Assembly (NCBI GenBank): GCA_041661385.1
Contig: JBAZUP010000001.1
Location: 576,907-640,906, forward strand
DNA: 64,000 bases
Source of the DNA: Patescibacteria group bacterium
GTDB lineage: Bacteria > Patescibacteriota > Patescibacteriia > Magasanikbacterales > GWA2-37-8
Reading direction: 5' to 3'
Shown: positions 7,709 through 17,470 of the stretch, one piece after another
How positions within the stretch are numbered: the stretch's first letter is position 1
Layout of the letters: every line of letters starts with the position of its first letter
The notes under the pieces: generated by a model
Seen by the model: only the letters and a program-made list of their open reading frames with translations
Databases searched by the model: none
What the model was told of the DNA's origin: nothing
Made by a program: the position numbers and the translations under genes

Positions 7709-8810
7709 TTACTTTACTTACTCCTTTTTCAAAAACATTTGGCAAAATATTTTCCGCACTGGGTTTTTTGACGAGACCAGCGAGGGCAATTGCGGCGGAA
7801 AGTTTCATTTTGGTAGTAACTTTTTTTATTCTACTATCTAATAAACCACGGAAGATACCCGGGAAGACTAAAACATTATTTATTTGATTTGGAAAATCGC
7901 TGCGCCCGGTTGCGACTACTGCCGCTCCGGCTTTTTTCGCTAGGTCCGGCATGATTTCCGGCGTCGGGTTTGCGAGAGCAAAAATTATTGCCTGTTCATT
8001 CATGGTTTTAATCATTTCAACTGTTAAAACAGCCGGCTTACTTACCCCCACAAACACGTCGGCTTTTACAACCGCCTCTTTCAACCCACCAATTAGATTT
8101 TCTTTATTGGTGACACTCGCTAAAAATACCTTTTCTTCCTCAAGGTCAGTGCGATCTTTTGAAATTATTCCTTTTGAATCTACCATGATTATATTTTTTA
8201 CGCCTCCGTCCAAAAATAATTTTGCGATGGCAGTACCGGCTGCCCCAGCGCCATTTATTGCAACTTTTATTTCATCAATATTTTTTCCAACTACCTTCAA
8301 AGCATTAATTAGCCCTGCGAGAACAACAATCGCGGTGCCGTGTTGGTCGTCGTGAAATACTGGAATATCAAGCATATCTCCAAGACGTTTTTCAATTTCA
8401 AAACAACGCGGCGCGGAAATATCTTCCAAATTAATACCCCCAAACATTGGTGAAATATTTACAATAGTTTTTATAATTTCTCCGGTATCCTGAGTTTTAA
8501 GTGCAATTGGAAAAGCATCGACTCCGGCAAACTCTTTGAGTAAGGCACATTTGCCTTCCATAACCGGTAAACTCGCTTCGGGACCAATATTACCAAGACC
8601 GAGTACGGCACTGCCGTCGGTAATCACTGCGACTAAATTATTCTTTCTGGTTAATTCATATACTTCATTCTTATTTTTTTCGATTACAAGACAAGCTTCG
8701 GCAACGCCCGGAGTATAAGCAAGACTTAAATCTTTTTTATTTTTAATTTTTGCTCTCGAAATTATTTCAATTTTGCCTTTTAATTTTCGGTGATAAGTTA
8801 TTGAGTCCAT
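7683..8810 (-). CDS. NAD(P)-dependent malic enzyme (short form)
   Basis: 375 aa with the malic-enzyme NAD-binding Rossmann region and N-terminal ACT-less core. Confidence 0.75.
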   Translation of the reverse strand: MDSITYHRKLKGKIEIISRAKIKNKKDLSLAYTPGVAEACLVIEKNKNEVYELTRKNNLVAVITDGSAVLGLGNIGPEASLPVMEGKCALLKEFAGVDAFPIALKTQDTGEIIKTIVNISPMFGGINLEDISAPRCFEIEKRLGDMLDIPVFHDDQHGTAIVVLAGLINALKVVGKNIDEIKVAINGAGAAGTAIAKLFLDGGVKNIIMVDSKGIISKDRTDLEEEKVFLASVTNKENLIGGLKEAVVKADVFVGVSKPAVLTVEMIKTMNEQAIIFALANPTPEIMPDLAKKAGAAVVATGRSDFPNQINNVLVFPGIFRGLLDSRIKKVTTKMKLSAAIALAGLVKKPSAENILPNVFEKGVSKVIAKSVKET

Positions 8811-8824
8811 AATTGAAATATTTA

Positions 8825-9517
8825 TTATTTAATTATTTCCAACCATTGGTCAGGTATTTGTGACTCCAATTTAATACTTTCTTCACCGGTCGCAGTAACA
8901 AAAGCGAGTGAAGTGGCAGATAACGCCAAAGATTTATCCGGTAACGGTTCCGGCGCTCCATATTTAATATCTCCAACTATCGGATGGCCGATGGCCGAGA
9001 GCTGGGCGCGAATCTGGTGTGAACGGCCCGTGCCAAGCCATATTTTTAATAGTGAATATTTTGAATTACTTTTTACCACTTCATAAGTAAGTTCGGCATC
9101 TTTACTGTCTTTCGTTGGTGAATCGTAAATTTTGACTTTGTTTTTATTTTCGTCTTTTACAATATGATGAATAATAGTTTGCTTAGCCTTCTCCGGCTTC
9201 CCGCAAACTACCGCGTGATAGATTTTTTCCACCGTATGTTCACGAAACTGCTCAGAAAGACGCGCCGCACCTTTGCTGGTTTTACCAAAAATAATTATGC
9301 CGGAAACCGGACGGTCCAAACGATGAATGAGACCAAGAAAAACCTTTCCTGGCTTATGGTATTTATTTTTTAAATAATATCTTACCTGATCGAGCAATGA
9401 CGAATCGCCAGTTTTGTCTTCTTGAACCAAAATACCCGCCGGTTTATAAACGGCGATTAAGTGATTATCTTCGTAGAGTACTTTTAAATCCATGTTAAAC
9501 ACTGCTCCACCGTGCAA
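8825..9517 (-). CDS. RluA-family pseudouridine synthase
   Basis: Catalytic HRLDRPVSG motif. Confidence 0.8.
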   Translation of the reverse strand: MHGGAVFNMDLKVLYEDNHLIAVYKPAGILVQEDKTGDSSLLDQVRYYLKNKYHKPGKVFLGLIHRLDRPVSGIIIFGKTSKGAARLSEQFREHTVEKIYHAVVCGKPEKAKQTIIHHIVKDENKNKVKIYDSPTKDSKDAELTYEVVKSNSKYSLLKIWLGTGRSHQIRAQLSAIGHPIVGDIKYGAPEPLPDKSLALSATSLAFVTATGEESIKLESQIPDQWLEIIK

Positions 9518-10427
9518 AAATGCCGGCTGGCAGCAATCTTTCTCCCTCTTTTTCCTTAATAGTTAATTCCCCCACCTCTACCTTGCCGCCATATGCTTTG
9601 AACAAAGTTTCCAAATTATTTTTGTATGCCAAGGCTGAATAACCGGCCGCATAACCATTGATAAGAAAAAATAGCGGCTGTTTTGATAAGACCTTCTTAC
9701 ATTCTTCGACAAAAGGTAAAAAACTTTTTTCAATTTTCCAGAGCTCACCTTTTGGCCCATGCCCAAATGATGGCGGATCCATAATAATTCCATCGTACAA
9801 CTTCCCACGCTTCACTTCGCGCTGCACAAATCTAAAAGCATCATCTAATATCCAGCGAATCGGTTTATCTTTTAACCCGGAAATTTCCGCATTTTCTCTA
9901 CCCCAACCTATTGCCGCTTTTGAACCGTCGACATGACACACCTCGGCTCCGGCTTTGGCGCAGGCGAGAGTTGCCCCACCCGTATAGCCAAATAGATTCA
10001 AAACTGAAACCGGCCGTCCTGAATTTTTTATTTTTTCTTCCAGCCAAAGCCAATTACCGACTTGTTCCGGAAAAATTCCGGTATGTTTAAATGCCGAAAG
10101 CTTAACCCACATTTTCAATCCGCCAATTTCAACCTGCCACTTTTCCGCAATCTTGCCTTTAGTACTCCAATTGGCGCTTACACTGACACGCTTAAAAAAA
10201 GCATTAGCCTTTTCCCATTCCGCAACCGATAACTTTTTTGGCCACAAGGCCTGCGGGTCGGGCCTCGCAATCAAAACATCGGCATAGCGTTCCAGCTTTT
10301 CGCTTTCGCCGCTATCAACCAGTTCATAATCTTTTCCCGGCTCAGTAGTTATTATTTTATATTCACTCATATTATTTTCCGATATATTCAATATCGCTTT
10401 CATCTGCCCGGCGCAAACCTTCACCAC
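9495..10427 (-). CDS. Class I SAM-dependent rRNA methyltransferase (RlmI/RlmK-like)
   Basis: LNLFGYTGGATLA SAM-binding motif with a PUA-like N-terminus. Confidence 0.65.
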   Translation of the reverse strand: MVKVCAGQMKAILNISENNMSEYKIITTEPGKDYELVDSGESEKLERYADVLIARPDPQALWPKKLSVAEWEKANAFFKRVSVSANWSTKGKIAEKWQVEIGGLKMWVKLSAFKHTGIFPEQVGNWLWLEEKIKNSGRPVSVLNLFGYTGGATLACAKAGAEVCHVDGSKAAIGWGRENAEISGLKDKPIRWILDDAFRFVQREVKRGKLYDGIIMDPPSFGHGPKGELWKIEKSFLPFVEECKKVLSKQPLFFLINGYAAGYSALAYKNNLETLFKAYGGKVEVGELTIKEKEGERLLPAGIFARWSSV

Positions 10428-11100
10428 TATTCATTTCTTCAAACGCTTGGGCGACGAGACCTGGTGTACGGGCAATGATGAAAAAACCATCAATCAAATT
10501 TTGATCAAAACCCATATCAAGCAGTATTGCTGCATTTGCGCCGTCCATGTTCAAAGGCAGTTGTTTCGAAGAGGTTTTGTTTAATTCTTCCTTAATTTTT
10601 AAGGCAAATTTACAATATTTACCAAAAAATCCGTTTTCTTCGGCGATTTTTAAGAGCGCTTCGGCTCGGTTATCTACCTTTAATACTTTATGACCATACC
10701 CTGAAATATAAATCTTTCTTTTCTTAAAACTCGCAAGCAAGGTAGCTAAATCTTTTTCATCAATGTGCTCCACAAAAAATTTTGCGGCTGCGCCAAGCGC
10801 TCCTCCATGCCTTGAACCACCCAAAGCCAAAACACCGGCTGCAACCGAACTATAAAGCGAAGTATTCGTCGACGCAGTAATACGAGTAACTAGCGCCGAA
10901 GCTGAACCAGGCCCATGGTCAATCATCATGGCAACCATTGCGTTCATCATTTTTGTTTCCTTTGCGCTTGGTAATTCGCCTTTTAAGACCAACCAAATAA
11001 CTTCAGTAAAACTTTTCTCAAGCGCAAGTTTTTCCTGACTCTGTCCGCGAATTATCTCTTTACCATCATTGACGTTTGTTATCGCAGTTTTCCATTTCAT
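10372..11100 (-). CDS. Citrate synthase-like domain protein (citryl-CoA lyase / ATP-citrate lyase C-terminal domain-like)
   Basis: GGSRHGGALG resembles the citrate-synthase HGGA active-site motif. Only the small (C-terminal) CS domain is present. Confidence 0.55.
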   Translation of the reverse strand: MKWKTAITNVNDGKEIIRGQSQEKLALEKSFTEVIWLVLKGELPSAKETKMMNAMVAMMIDHGPGSASALVTRITASTNTSLYSSVAAGVLALGGSRHGGALGAAAKFFVEHIDEKDLATLLASFKKRKIYISGYGHKVLKVDNRAEALLKIAEENGFFGKYCKFALKIKEELNKTSSKQLPLNMDGANAAILLDMGFDQNLIDGFFIIARTPGLVAQAFEEMNSGEGLRRADESDIEYIGK

Positions 11101-11121
11101 ATTATTTATATTTAGTTCAAT

Positions 11122-12027
11122 TTATTTATTATAAGGCCTAACCAATTCTACCAAGTCTTCATACTTTTCCGCAATCATTACTCCAGCCGAACGCAGCGCC
11201 GCTTCCTTATCTTTGGCGCCCTGCCCACGCCCGACAATTGCTCCAGCATGACCAATATTCATTCCTTCCGGAAACAATGAGGCAAATTTACCGCCGATAT
11301 ATACAGCAAGCGGTTTAGTATATTCTTTATTTTCGATTAATTTTACAATTTCAAATTCATAACTTCCGCCGTGCTCTCCAAAAATTACAACCGCTTTTGT
11401 CTGTTCATCTTTCTCAAATAACCGAAGTAAATCGGCATAAATTGTACCGACTAATAAATCACCACCCACATGTACTGCCGCACTCTGACCCATGCCCGCT
11501 TGGCGAATTTGCCAGGATAGCTCGTTGGTCATACCACCTGAGCGAGAAATAACTCCAATACTGCCTGGCTTAAATATCTCTTCTACTAATGGACCTCCTA
11601 CCACTCCGATTCTGCCTACCCCTGGAACAATCAAACCAAGCGAACTCGGACCGACAACTTGAATATTTTTTTCTTTAGCGGCGGCAAGAAAATACGCGGT
11701 ATCTTTAATCGGAACGCGTTCAGCCATCACATTAATTAATTTAATATCATTTTTTATTGCTTCCAGCACCGCATCCTTCACCGCGAAAGGCGGAACATAT
11801 ACCGCCGATGTATTTAGTTCCGGAAATTTTTCTTTTGCTTCATCAATCGAATTAAAAATTGGTTTTCCCTCTACTTCTTGCCCGCCTTTTTTTGGTGTGA
11901 CACCACAAACAACTTCCGTATGATAATCAAGCATTGCTTTGGCAGCCTTGGCACCTTCCTTGCCAGTCATGCCTTGTACTATTACCTTAGTTTTTTTTGA
12001 AATTAAAATTGACATATTATTTACCAA
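11122..12027 (-). CDS. Succinyl-CoA synthetase alpha-like subunit (CoA-binding, phosphohistidine GHAGA)
   Basis: SucD-like Rossmann/CoA-ligase motifs; the active-site His is in NIGHAGAIV. Confidence 0.75.
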   Translation of the reverse strand: MVNNMSILISKKTKVIVQGMTGKEGAKAAKAMLDYHTEVVCGVTPKKGGQEVEGKPIFNSIDEAKEKFPELNTSAVYVPPFAVKDAVLEAIKNDIKLINVMAERVPIKDTAYFLAAAKEKNIQVVGPSSLGLIVPGVGRIGVVGGPLVEEIFKPGSIGVISRSGGMTNELSWQIRQAGMGQSAAVHVGGDLLVGTIYADLLRLFEKDEQTKAVVIFGEHGGSYEFEIVKLIENKEYTKPLAVYIGGKFASLFPEGMNIGHAGAIVGRGQGAKDKEAALRSAGVMIAEKYEDLVELVRPYNK

Positions 12028-13162
12028 TCATTTCCGCAAGTACTACCGCGGTCGCGCTCATTGGCGTGTCTTTATCAAAATATTTTAATTTTAAATTATT
12101 ACGCGCAGCACAATCTTCCATGATTTTTTTTCCTTCAGAATCAAATGGCCCGGCGCGGCGCACAACAATCGGATATTTCGGTTTCAGCTCATCGAGCGCA
12201 TCCACAATACCTTGAAATGTTTCTGCGATATTTGTAAAATTTGCAACACCGCCCGCAATCCACAAGCCCCTTAAGCCGGGTTTTGATAAAACAATTTTTA
12301 CCAGATTGTAAACTTTTTCCCGCGGTGGATTACCGGAATATTCCGTATAATTGGCAGGTTTACAACCGGCCTGAATCAAAGCATCCATGTTTGAAATACT
12401 GGCTCCGCCTCCTGAAAAAAGAATTGCCACATCTCCATCCATTTCAATATATTTTCCTGCCGTACCACGGTAATAATTGGCGCCTTCATCAATTTTTGTA
12501 ACCGCTATTTCTCGCTCGGTCGGCAATCGCCCCATCATTGTACGTGGCTCAAACTTTTGCCAGGCATCATGCCTAAAAAAAGCATCTTCATCAAGCGCAA
12601 CCTTGGCATCGGCTGCCACATATTTTCCTTCAGAAGTTAAAATAAGCGGATTAATTTCCATTAATCTTGCATCTTCCGATAAAAAACATTTCCAAAGCGG
12701 CTCTGCGAAAATAAAATTTTCAGTAACTTGCTCAGACCTAATATCTAATGGTATTTTTTTTATTTTTTCCGGCGTAACATCTTCTATATCAATTCCACCG
12801 ACAGCGCTAAATATCATTACCGGCTGTTTGATGTTTGTATCGTAAGTAATAGAAATATATTGTTCGGAAACAATTTGCAGTCGCTCTTCAATTAAAACCG
12901 CGGCTACATACTGACCCAAAATATTGATTCCAAACATTTCTTCAGTTATTTTTTTTGCTTCTTCTTTAGAAGAAGCAAACTTTATACCATTATTTTTTCC
13001 CCGTTTTCCAGATAAAATTTGCGCCTTTACTGCCACTTCTTTAACCCCCAATGATTCATAGGCTGCTTCAGCATTTTCACCACGCCGAACCACCACCCCT
13101 TTCGGGATAGTAATGCCATATTTTTCAAATATTTTTTTTCCTTCCCACTCGTAAAGATTCAT
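12017..13162 (-). CDS. Succinyl-CoA synthetase beta-like subunit (ATP-grasp)
   Basis: SucC-like ATP-grasp N-terminal half plus CoA-ligase C-terminal half; overlaps the alpha-like gene by 11 nt. Confidence 0.75.
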   Translation of the reverse strand: MNLYEWEGKKIFEKYGITIPKGVVVRRGENAEAAYESLGVKEVAVKAQILSGKRGKNNGIKFASSKEEAKKITEEMFGINILGQYVAAVLIEERLQIVSEQYISITYDTNIKQPVMIFSAVGGIDIEDVTPEKIKKIPLDIRSEQVTENFIFAEPLWKCFLSEDARLMEINPLILTSEGKYVAADAKVALDEDAFFRHDAWQKFEPRTMMGRLPTEREIAVTKIDEGANYYRGTAGKYIEMDGDVAILFSGGGASISNMDALIQAGCKPANYTEYSGNPPREKVYNLVKIVLSKPGLRGLWIAGGVANFTNIAETFQGIVDALDELKPKYPIVVRRAGPFDSEGKKIMEDCAARNNLKLKYFDKDTPMSATAVVLAEMIGK

Positions 13163-13177
13163 GCTATTTTGGAAATA

Positions 13178-13576
13178 CTATTTAAAATCCATCCGAAACC
13201 CGAGGCCCACATCTTTAAAACCAAGATTTCGATACCAATCGTGAAGTTCTTTTTTTTCACAACGGCAAGAAAAAACTAATTTATAACAATTTTGCTTTAT
13301 CGCTTCGGCTTTCACATTTTCTACCAGATTTTTTCCAAACCCCTGACCGCGGAATTTTTCATCTACAAATAAATCTTCCATATAACCGAACGGCTCGTCG
13401 TGAAGGTAGTTATACATAATATATAAAAAGACTCGCCCTATTTCTTGTCCGTCTTTTTCCGCGGTAAACTTTACCGCATAACTTCTCTTTTCAATTTCTT
13501 TTTTTATTATCATATTACAAATCTTAACAAAACCCAGACGCCAATTATACCCGTTACAACCACCGCTACCCGCCAC
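13178..13576 (-). CDS. GNAT family N-acetyltransferase
   Basis: RGQGFGKNL acetyl-CoA binding motif. Confidence 0.7.
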   Translation of the reverse strand: MAGSGGCNGYNWRLGFVKICNMIIKKEIEKRSYAVKFTAEKDGQEIGRVFLYIMYNYLHDEPFGYMEDLFVDEKFRGQGFGKNLVENVKAEAIKQNCYKLVFSCRCEKKELHDWYRNLGFKDVGLGFRMDFK

Positions 13577-13905
13577 GGTTCGCTGTTGTTAGTAAGCCAG
13601 TTCCAGACGTCGCCAATTTTATCGGCTATCTTTTTTAAATTTTCATAAACCGCTGAACCTCGTTTTACCACTTCCACCGTAGAACTTACTGCCTGTTCGG
13701 TTTTATTATACGCATCAACTGCAACTCCGGCGGTTGTAGTTGCTACCCTAATCAATTGCCTGGCTTTATTTAGGGTAGTGCTGGTTTGCTCGGCGACATT
13801 ATTCATCTGAGAATTTAGACTGTCGATTTCATCGGTTGGAGCAGCAAAAACTATTAAGGGAGAAAATAATATACTAAACATCGTAACTAACAACAATTTT
13901 TTCAT
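13510..13905 (-). CDS. Hypothetical secreted/membrane protein (signal peptide plus C-terminal TM)
   Basis: N-terminal MKKLLLVTMFSILFSPLIVFA signal and a C-terminal hydrophobic helix. Overlaps the GNAT ORF, so the true start is uncertain. Confidence 0.4.
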   Translation of the reverse strand: MKKLLLVTMFSILFSPLIVFAAPTDEIDSLNSQMNNVAEQTSTTLNKARQLIRVATTTAGVAVDAYNKTEQAVSSTVEVVKRGSAVYENLKKIADKIGDVWNWLTNNSEPWRVAVVVTGIIGVWVLLRFVI

Positions 13906-13908
13906 ATC

Positions 13909-14514
13909 TTATTTCTTTTGCAAAAAATATTCTAAAAAATACTTTTCCTTAACTACCACTTCGTAAAAACTTTTTAATTCAAAATGCTCTGAAAATAACT
14001 GCGCAAATTCATTCCTCTCCCAAAAAGCAAAAAATCTTTTTTCATCAACCCCGCCATCCGAAATATATCGTTGTCCGCGACCCTCTAAAGTACAGACATA
14101 CAAAATACCTTTTTCAGAAAGCAATTGATAAAGTTTTTCTATCACCTTTGGTAAGTCGGTTTTTTTAATATGGAGTAGCGAAGTAACCGCCCAAATTCCA
14201 TCAAACGAATTTGGGGGAAATTTTAAATCCTCAATGTCCATGACTTCGGCTTCAATTTGCTTACTCTTGGCAAGCGCTACCATGCGCTCCGAAAAATCAA
14301 TTGCTTTTACCTTATATCCAAGCTTTTTAAAATGCGCGGCGTGTTCCCCCGGTCCGCAACCTAAGTCCAAAACTCTTTTACCCGATAACAGATCGCTAAA
14401 ATGTTTTACTTCTTCTTTTTGCTCAGAAAATAATGCCCGGTGTTTTATTGCATAACGCTCGGCATTACGATTATAAAATTCTTTGGTAATCTTTTTATAA
14501 TCATCCATATTCAA
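13909..14514 (-). CDS. Class I SAM-dependent methyltransferase
   Basis: VLDLGCGPG motif I. Confidence 0.7.
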   Translation of the reverse strand: MNMDDYKKITKEFYNRNAERYAIKHRALFSEQKEEVKHFSDLLSGKRVLDLGCGPGEHAAHFKKLGYKVKAIDFSERMVALAKSKQIEAEVMDIEDLKFPPNSFDGIWAVTSLLHIKKTDLPKVIEKLYQLLSEKGILYVCTLEGRGQRYISDGGVDEKRFFAFWERNEFAQLFSEHFELKSFYEVVVKEKYFLEYFLQKK

Positions 14515-15500
14515 CTACAAATGATTTCGTACAATACTTTGCCGAGCTTTTGGCTGTCATGCCGAATCAGACTGCGTTTTAAACTATCCCCCTGATCTTT
14601 TTTCACTTCTCTCTGACTGACCAAATTTTTTCTTACTACTTTGTATTTATGTTCAACTAAATTATCTTCAATCGGATATTCTTTTTCCTTGGCGTAGTGC
14701 TGCAAAACTTTTTTTGAAAGATCACCGCGATGAACAACAACAAAATTTGGCGTCCGGCCCGAATAACGGTGCATTTCTGCTACTAAATCCGATGCCTTCA
14801 TGCCGTTCGTTTGACCGTATTTTGTCATTAAATTACTTACGAATATAAACTTAGCTTTACTGCTTGCGATTGCATCTGCAATGCCCGGTACGATAAGGCT
14901 GGCAAGTGTCGTAGTATACAAATCGCCTGGCCCAGCGATAATAAAATCTGCTTTTTTAATGGCATTTACCGCTTCTTTGTTTGCGGCTACTTTTTTTGAT
15001 AAAGTTAAGCGCTTAATTTTGCCATAATTTGTAGATAGCGATGGCTCGTCAATGAGATGCTCACCGCGAATTTTTTTTCCGCTTTCATACTCGGCAACTA
15101 AATGGGTATTTTCTAAAGTAACCGGAATTACCTTGCCCCTTACTCGAAACAATTTTTTTGCCGCTTCAATGGCCAAGAGCTCTGTTCCGGTAATATCCGA
15201 AAGAGCCATCATGATAAAATTTCCCAGCGTATGACCGGTAATACCCTTTCCCTTTCCAAACCGATACATAAATAATTTTCGCAAAATTCCATTTCCATTT
15301 TCAGAAAGAGCGATAATTGATTTTCTGAGATCGCTTAACGGAAGAAGGCCAAACTCATCGCGAATTACAGCGTTGCTGCCGCCATCATCAGTCATGCTGA
15401 CAATAATACTAATTTCAATTTCAGCGTAATCTTTTAGTTTATTTAAAACCACCGTGGTTCCAGTGCCACCACCGATAATTACAACTCTTTTCTTTTGCAT
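14511..15500 (-). CDS. YvcK/CofD-family (UPF0052, gluconeogenesis factor-like) protein
   Basis: N-terminal VVIIGGGTG motif typical of the YvcK/CofD family. Confidence 0.7.
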   Translation of the reverse strand: MQKKRVVIIGGGTGTTVVLNKLKDYAEIEISIIVSMTDDGGSNAVIRDEFGLLPLSDLRKSIIALSENGNGILRKLFMYRFGKGKGITGHTLGNFIMMALSDITGTELLAIEAAKKLFRVRGKVIPVTLENTHLVAEYESGKKIRGEHLIDEPSLSTNYGKIKRLTLSKKVAANKEAVNAIKKADFIIAGPGDLYTTTLASLIVPGIADAIASSKAKFIFVSNLMTKYGQTNGMKASDLVAEMHRYSGRTPNFVVVHRGDLSKKVLQHYAKEKEYPIEDNLVEHKYKVVRKNLVSQREVKKDQGDSLKRSLIRHDSQKLGKVLYEIICS

Positions 15501-15510
15501 ATTGAGAGAA

Positions 15511-16251
15511 TTATTTTTTTCTTTTATCCGCCTCTTCTAGTTCTTCGGGCGTGTTCACTCCAAACCATTCATCGGAATTTTCCAATTCTACAACCTGATG
15601 TTTGACGCCGGTGTCTCTTGCGACCGCGAGCGCCGTCGGTAAGCCATATTCGCCAAGCTTTCTCATTTTTGGCATGGTCGGAAAAATTTTCTCGAACCAG
15701 GCACGATCAAAAATAAAAGTGCCAGTGCTGATTTCTTTAATTTTTTTCTGCTCCTCGGTTAAATATTCCTTTTCAATTATTTCAACCCTGCCATCTTCGT
15801 GCCGTACGATTCTACCTAAATTTTCATAATTCTTCGGCTTGGTTGTAAGCAATGTTAATTTAGCACCGCTACTAAAATGTTTTTCAAAAAGCTTTATTAT
15901 TGTTTCTGGCTCATAAAACGCGCTATCATCTCCCCCCATGACCATGACATTTTTTATTTCCGGCCGCATTTTTTTCATACCGGTAAAAGCGGCATGAGCG
16001 GTTCCCTTTAATTCAACTTGTTCTGCATAACTAACATTACTCCCAAAATAATCCATGATTTTTTCCTTACAAAAACCCACCACCAGACAAATTTGTGAGG
16101 GTTCAAAACCGGCTTTTTTTAGAGTTTTGATACTATATTCAATTATTGGTTTACCGCCAATTTCTCTCATTACTTTCGGTATTTCTACCGATTTTAGCCT
16201 AGTACCTTTGCCAGCCGCAAGAAGTACTACCCCGCATGTTGAATCAATCAT
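15511..16251 (-). CDS. Sugar-phosphate nucleotidyltransferase (NTP_transferase family)
   Basis: LAAGKGTRL pyrophosphorylase signature. Confidence 0.7.
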   Translation of the reverse strand: MIDSTCGVVLLAAGKGTRLKSVEIPKVMREIGGKPIIEYSIKTLKKAGFEPSQICLVVGFCKEKIMDYFGSNVSYAEQVELKGTAHAAFTGMKKMRPEIKNVMVMGGDDSAFYEPETIIKLFEKHFSSGAKLTLLTTKPKNYENLGRIVRHEDGRVEIIEKEYLTEEQKKIKEISTGTFIFDRAWFEKIFPTMPKMRKLGEYGLPTALAVARDTGVKHQVVELENSDEWFGVNTPEELEEADKRKK

Positions 16252-16326
16252 AAATATGCTTAATTTGGCTTATTATAGCCCATAAATAAAAAAACCGCAA
16301 TTGTGATTGCGGTTATATTTTATGTT

Positions 16327-17364
16327 CTACTTTTCAAGTTTTGAGCTATATTTACCTTGTTGGGCAAGACTTGTAAGGTGAGCCCTTTTTTCAAATACCT
16401 TTTGTGCTCCCTTTGCCCTGCTCGCTATTCCCCGCCAATGTGCCAAAGTCGAATTTTGCAGCGCCCGACCAAATGAATAGGTAACTACCCAAGGCAATTT
16501 TTCGTGCAACGCTATCGCATTCATGTTTGCACAAGCTTCTTTTTCTGTTTGACCACCGGATAAAAATACGATTCCCGGCACAATTTTTGGCACTACTTCT
16601 TTTAGGCACGCAACTGTAAGATTTGCGACTTTTTCTACCTTAATTTTTTCCCTACTTTCGCTGCCCGGCACAATCATGTTGGGTTTTAAAAATATAAAAC
16701 GAAGATCAACACCGCGCTTAACTAATTCATCAAAAATACCCCTTAAAGTCCTTACGGTTGATTCATAGCATTCATCTGAATTATGATTTCCAGTTCCCAA
16801 AACTTCCGGCTCAACAATCGGAACAATACCGGCTTCCTGGGCAATTTTCGCATAAGTCGCGAGCAGTTCACCATTTTTTTGAATGCAACGATTGCTTGGC
16901 AAATTTTTCCCAACACTAAATACCGCGCGCCATTTTACAAAAGTCACGCCCAGATCCGCATAATCCTGCATTCTTTCCGCAAGGCCTTCGAGACCTTTGG
17001 TCTGCATTTCGCCGTGTTTGTTTCGCGGCATCGGAGCAAGCCCTTTATCGATTTTACAGCCAATCAAAACCCCTTGTTCTTTTAAAACTTTTCGAAGTAA
17101 CCGACCATCACTGGTGGTTTCGCGCAGTTGTTCATCAAATAAAATGACACCGCTAATGTAATTGGAAAATTTTGGTGAAGTAAAAAGCATTTCACGATAT
17201 GCTTCACGCATTTCTTCAACATTTCGAATATGGTACCGCTCAAAACGTTTTGCAATCGTTTCAATACTTTCATCGGCGGCTAAAATTCCCTTTCCGGCAA
17301 CGAGAATTTGTTTTACGATTTTATTGAGTTTTAGTTTGTCCATAGTTTGTATATTATACAACAT
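16327..17364 (-). CDS. Class I fructose-bisphosphate aldolase
   Basis: GILAADES signature with a Schiff-base lysine region. Confidence 0.8.
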   Translation of the reverse strand: MLYNIQTMDKLKLNKIVKQILVAGKGILAADESIETIAKRFERYHIRNVEEMREAYREMLFTSPKFSNYISGVILFDEQLRETTSDGRLLRKVLKEQGVLIGCKIDKGLAPMPRNKHGEMQTKGLEGLAERMQDYADLGVTFVKWRAVFSVGKNLPSNRCIQKNGELLATYAKIAQEAGIVPIVEPEVLGTGNHNSDECYESTVRTLRGIFDELVKRGVDLRFIFLKPNMIVPGSESREKIKVEKVANLTVACLKEVVPKIVPGIVFLSGGQTEKEACANMNAIALHEKLPWVVTYSFGRALQNSTLAHWRGIASRAKGAQKVFEKRAHLTSLAQQGKYSSKLEK

Positions 17365-17470
17365 TTTAGCGACAAAAAAAAGGAATAAAACAAATAAAGA
17401 AGAAAAGAACTTATATTTACAAAATAAAAAAAATCCCCAGACGGAGATTTTTTATTTAAATATAAATTTT

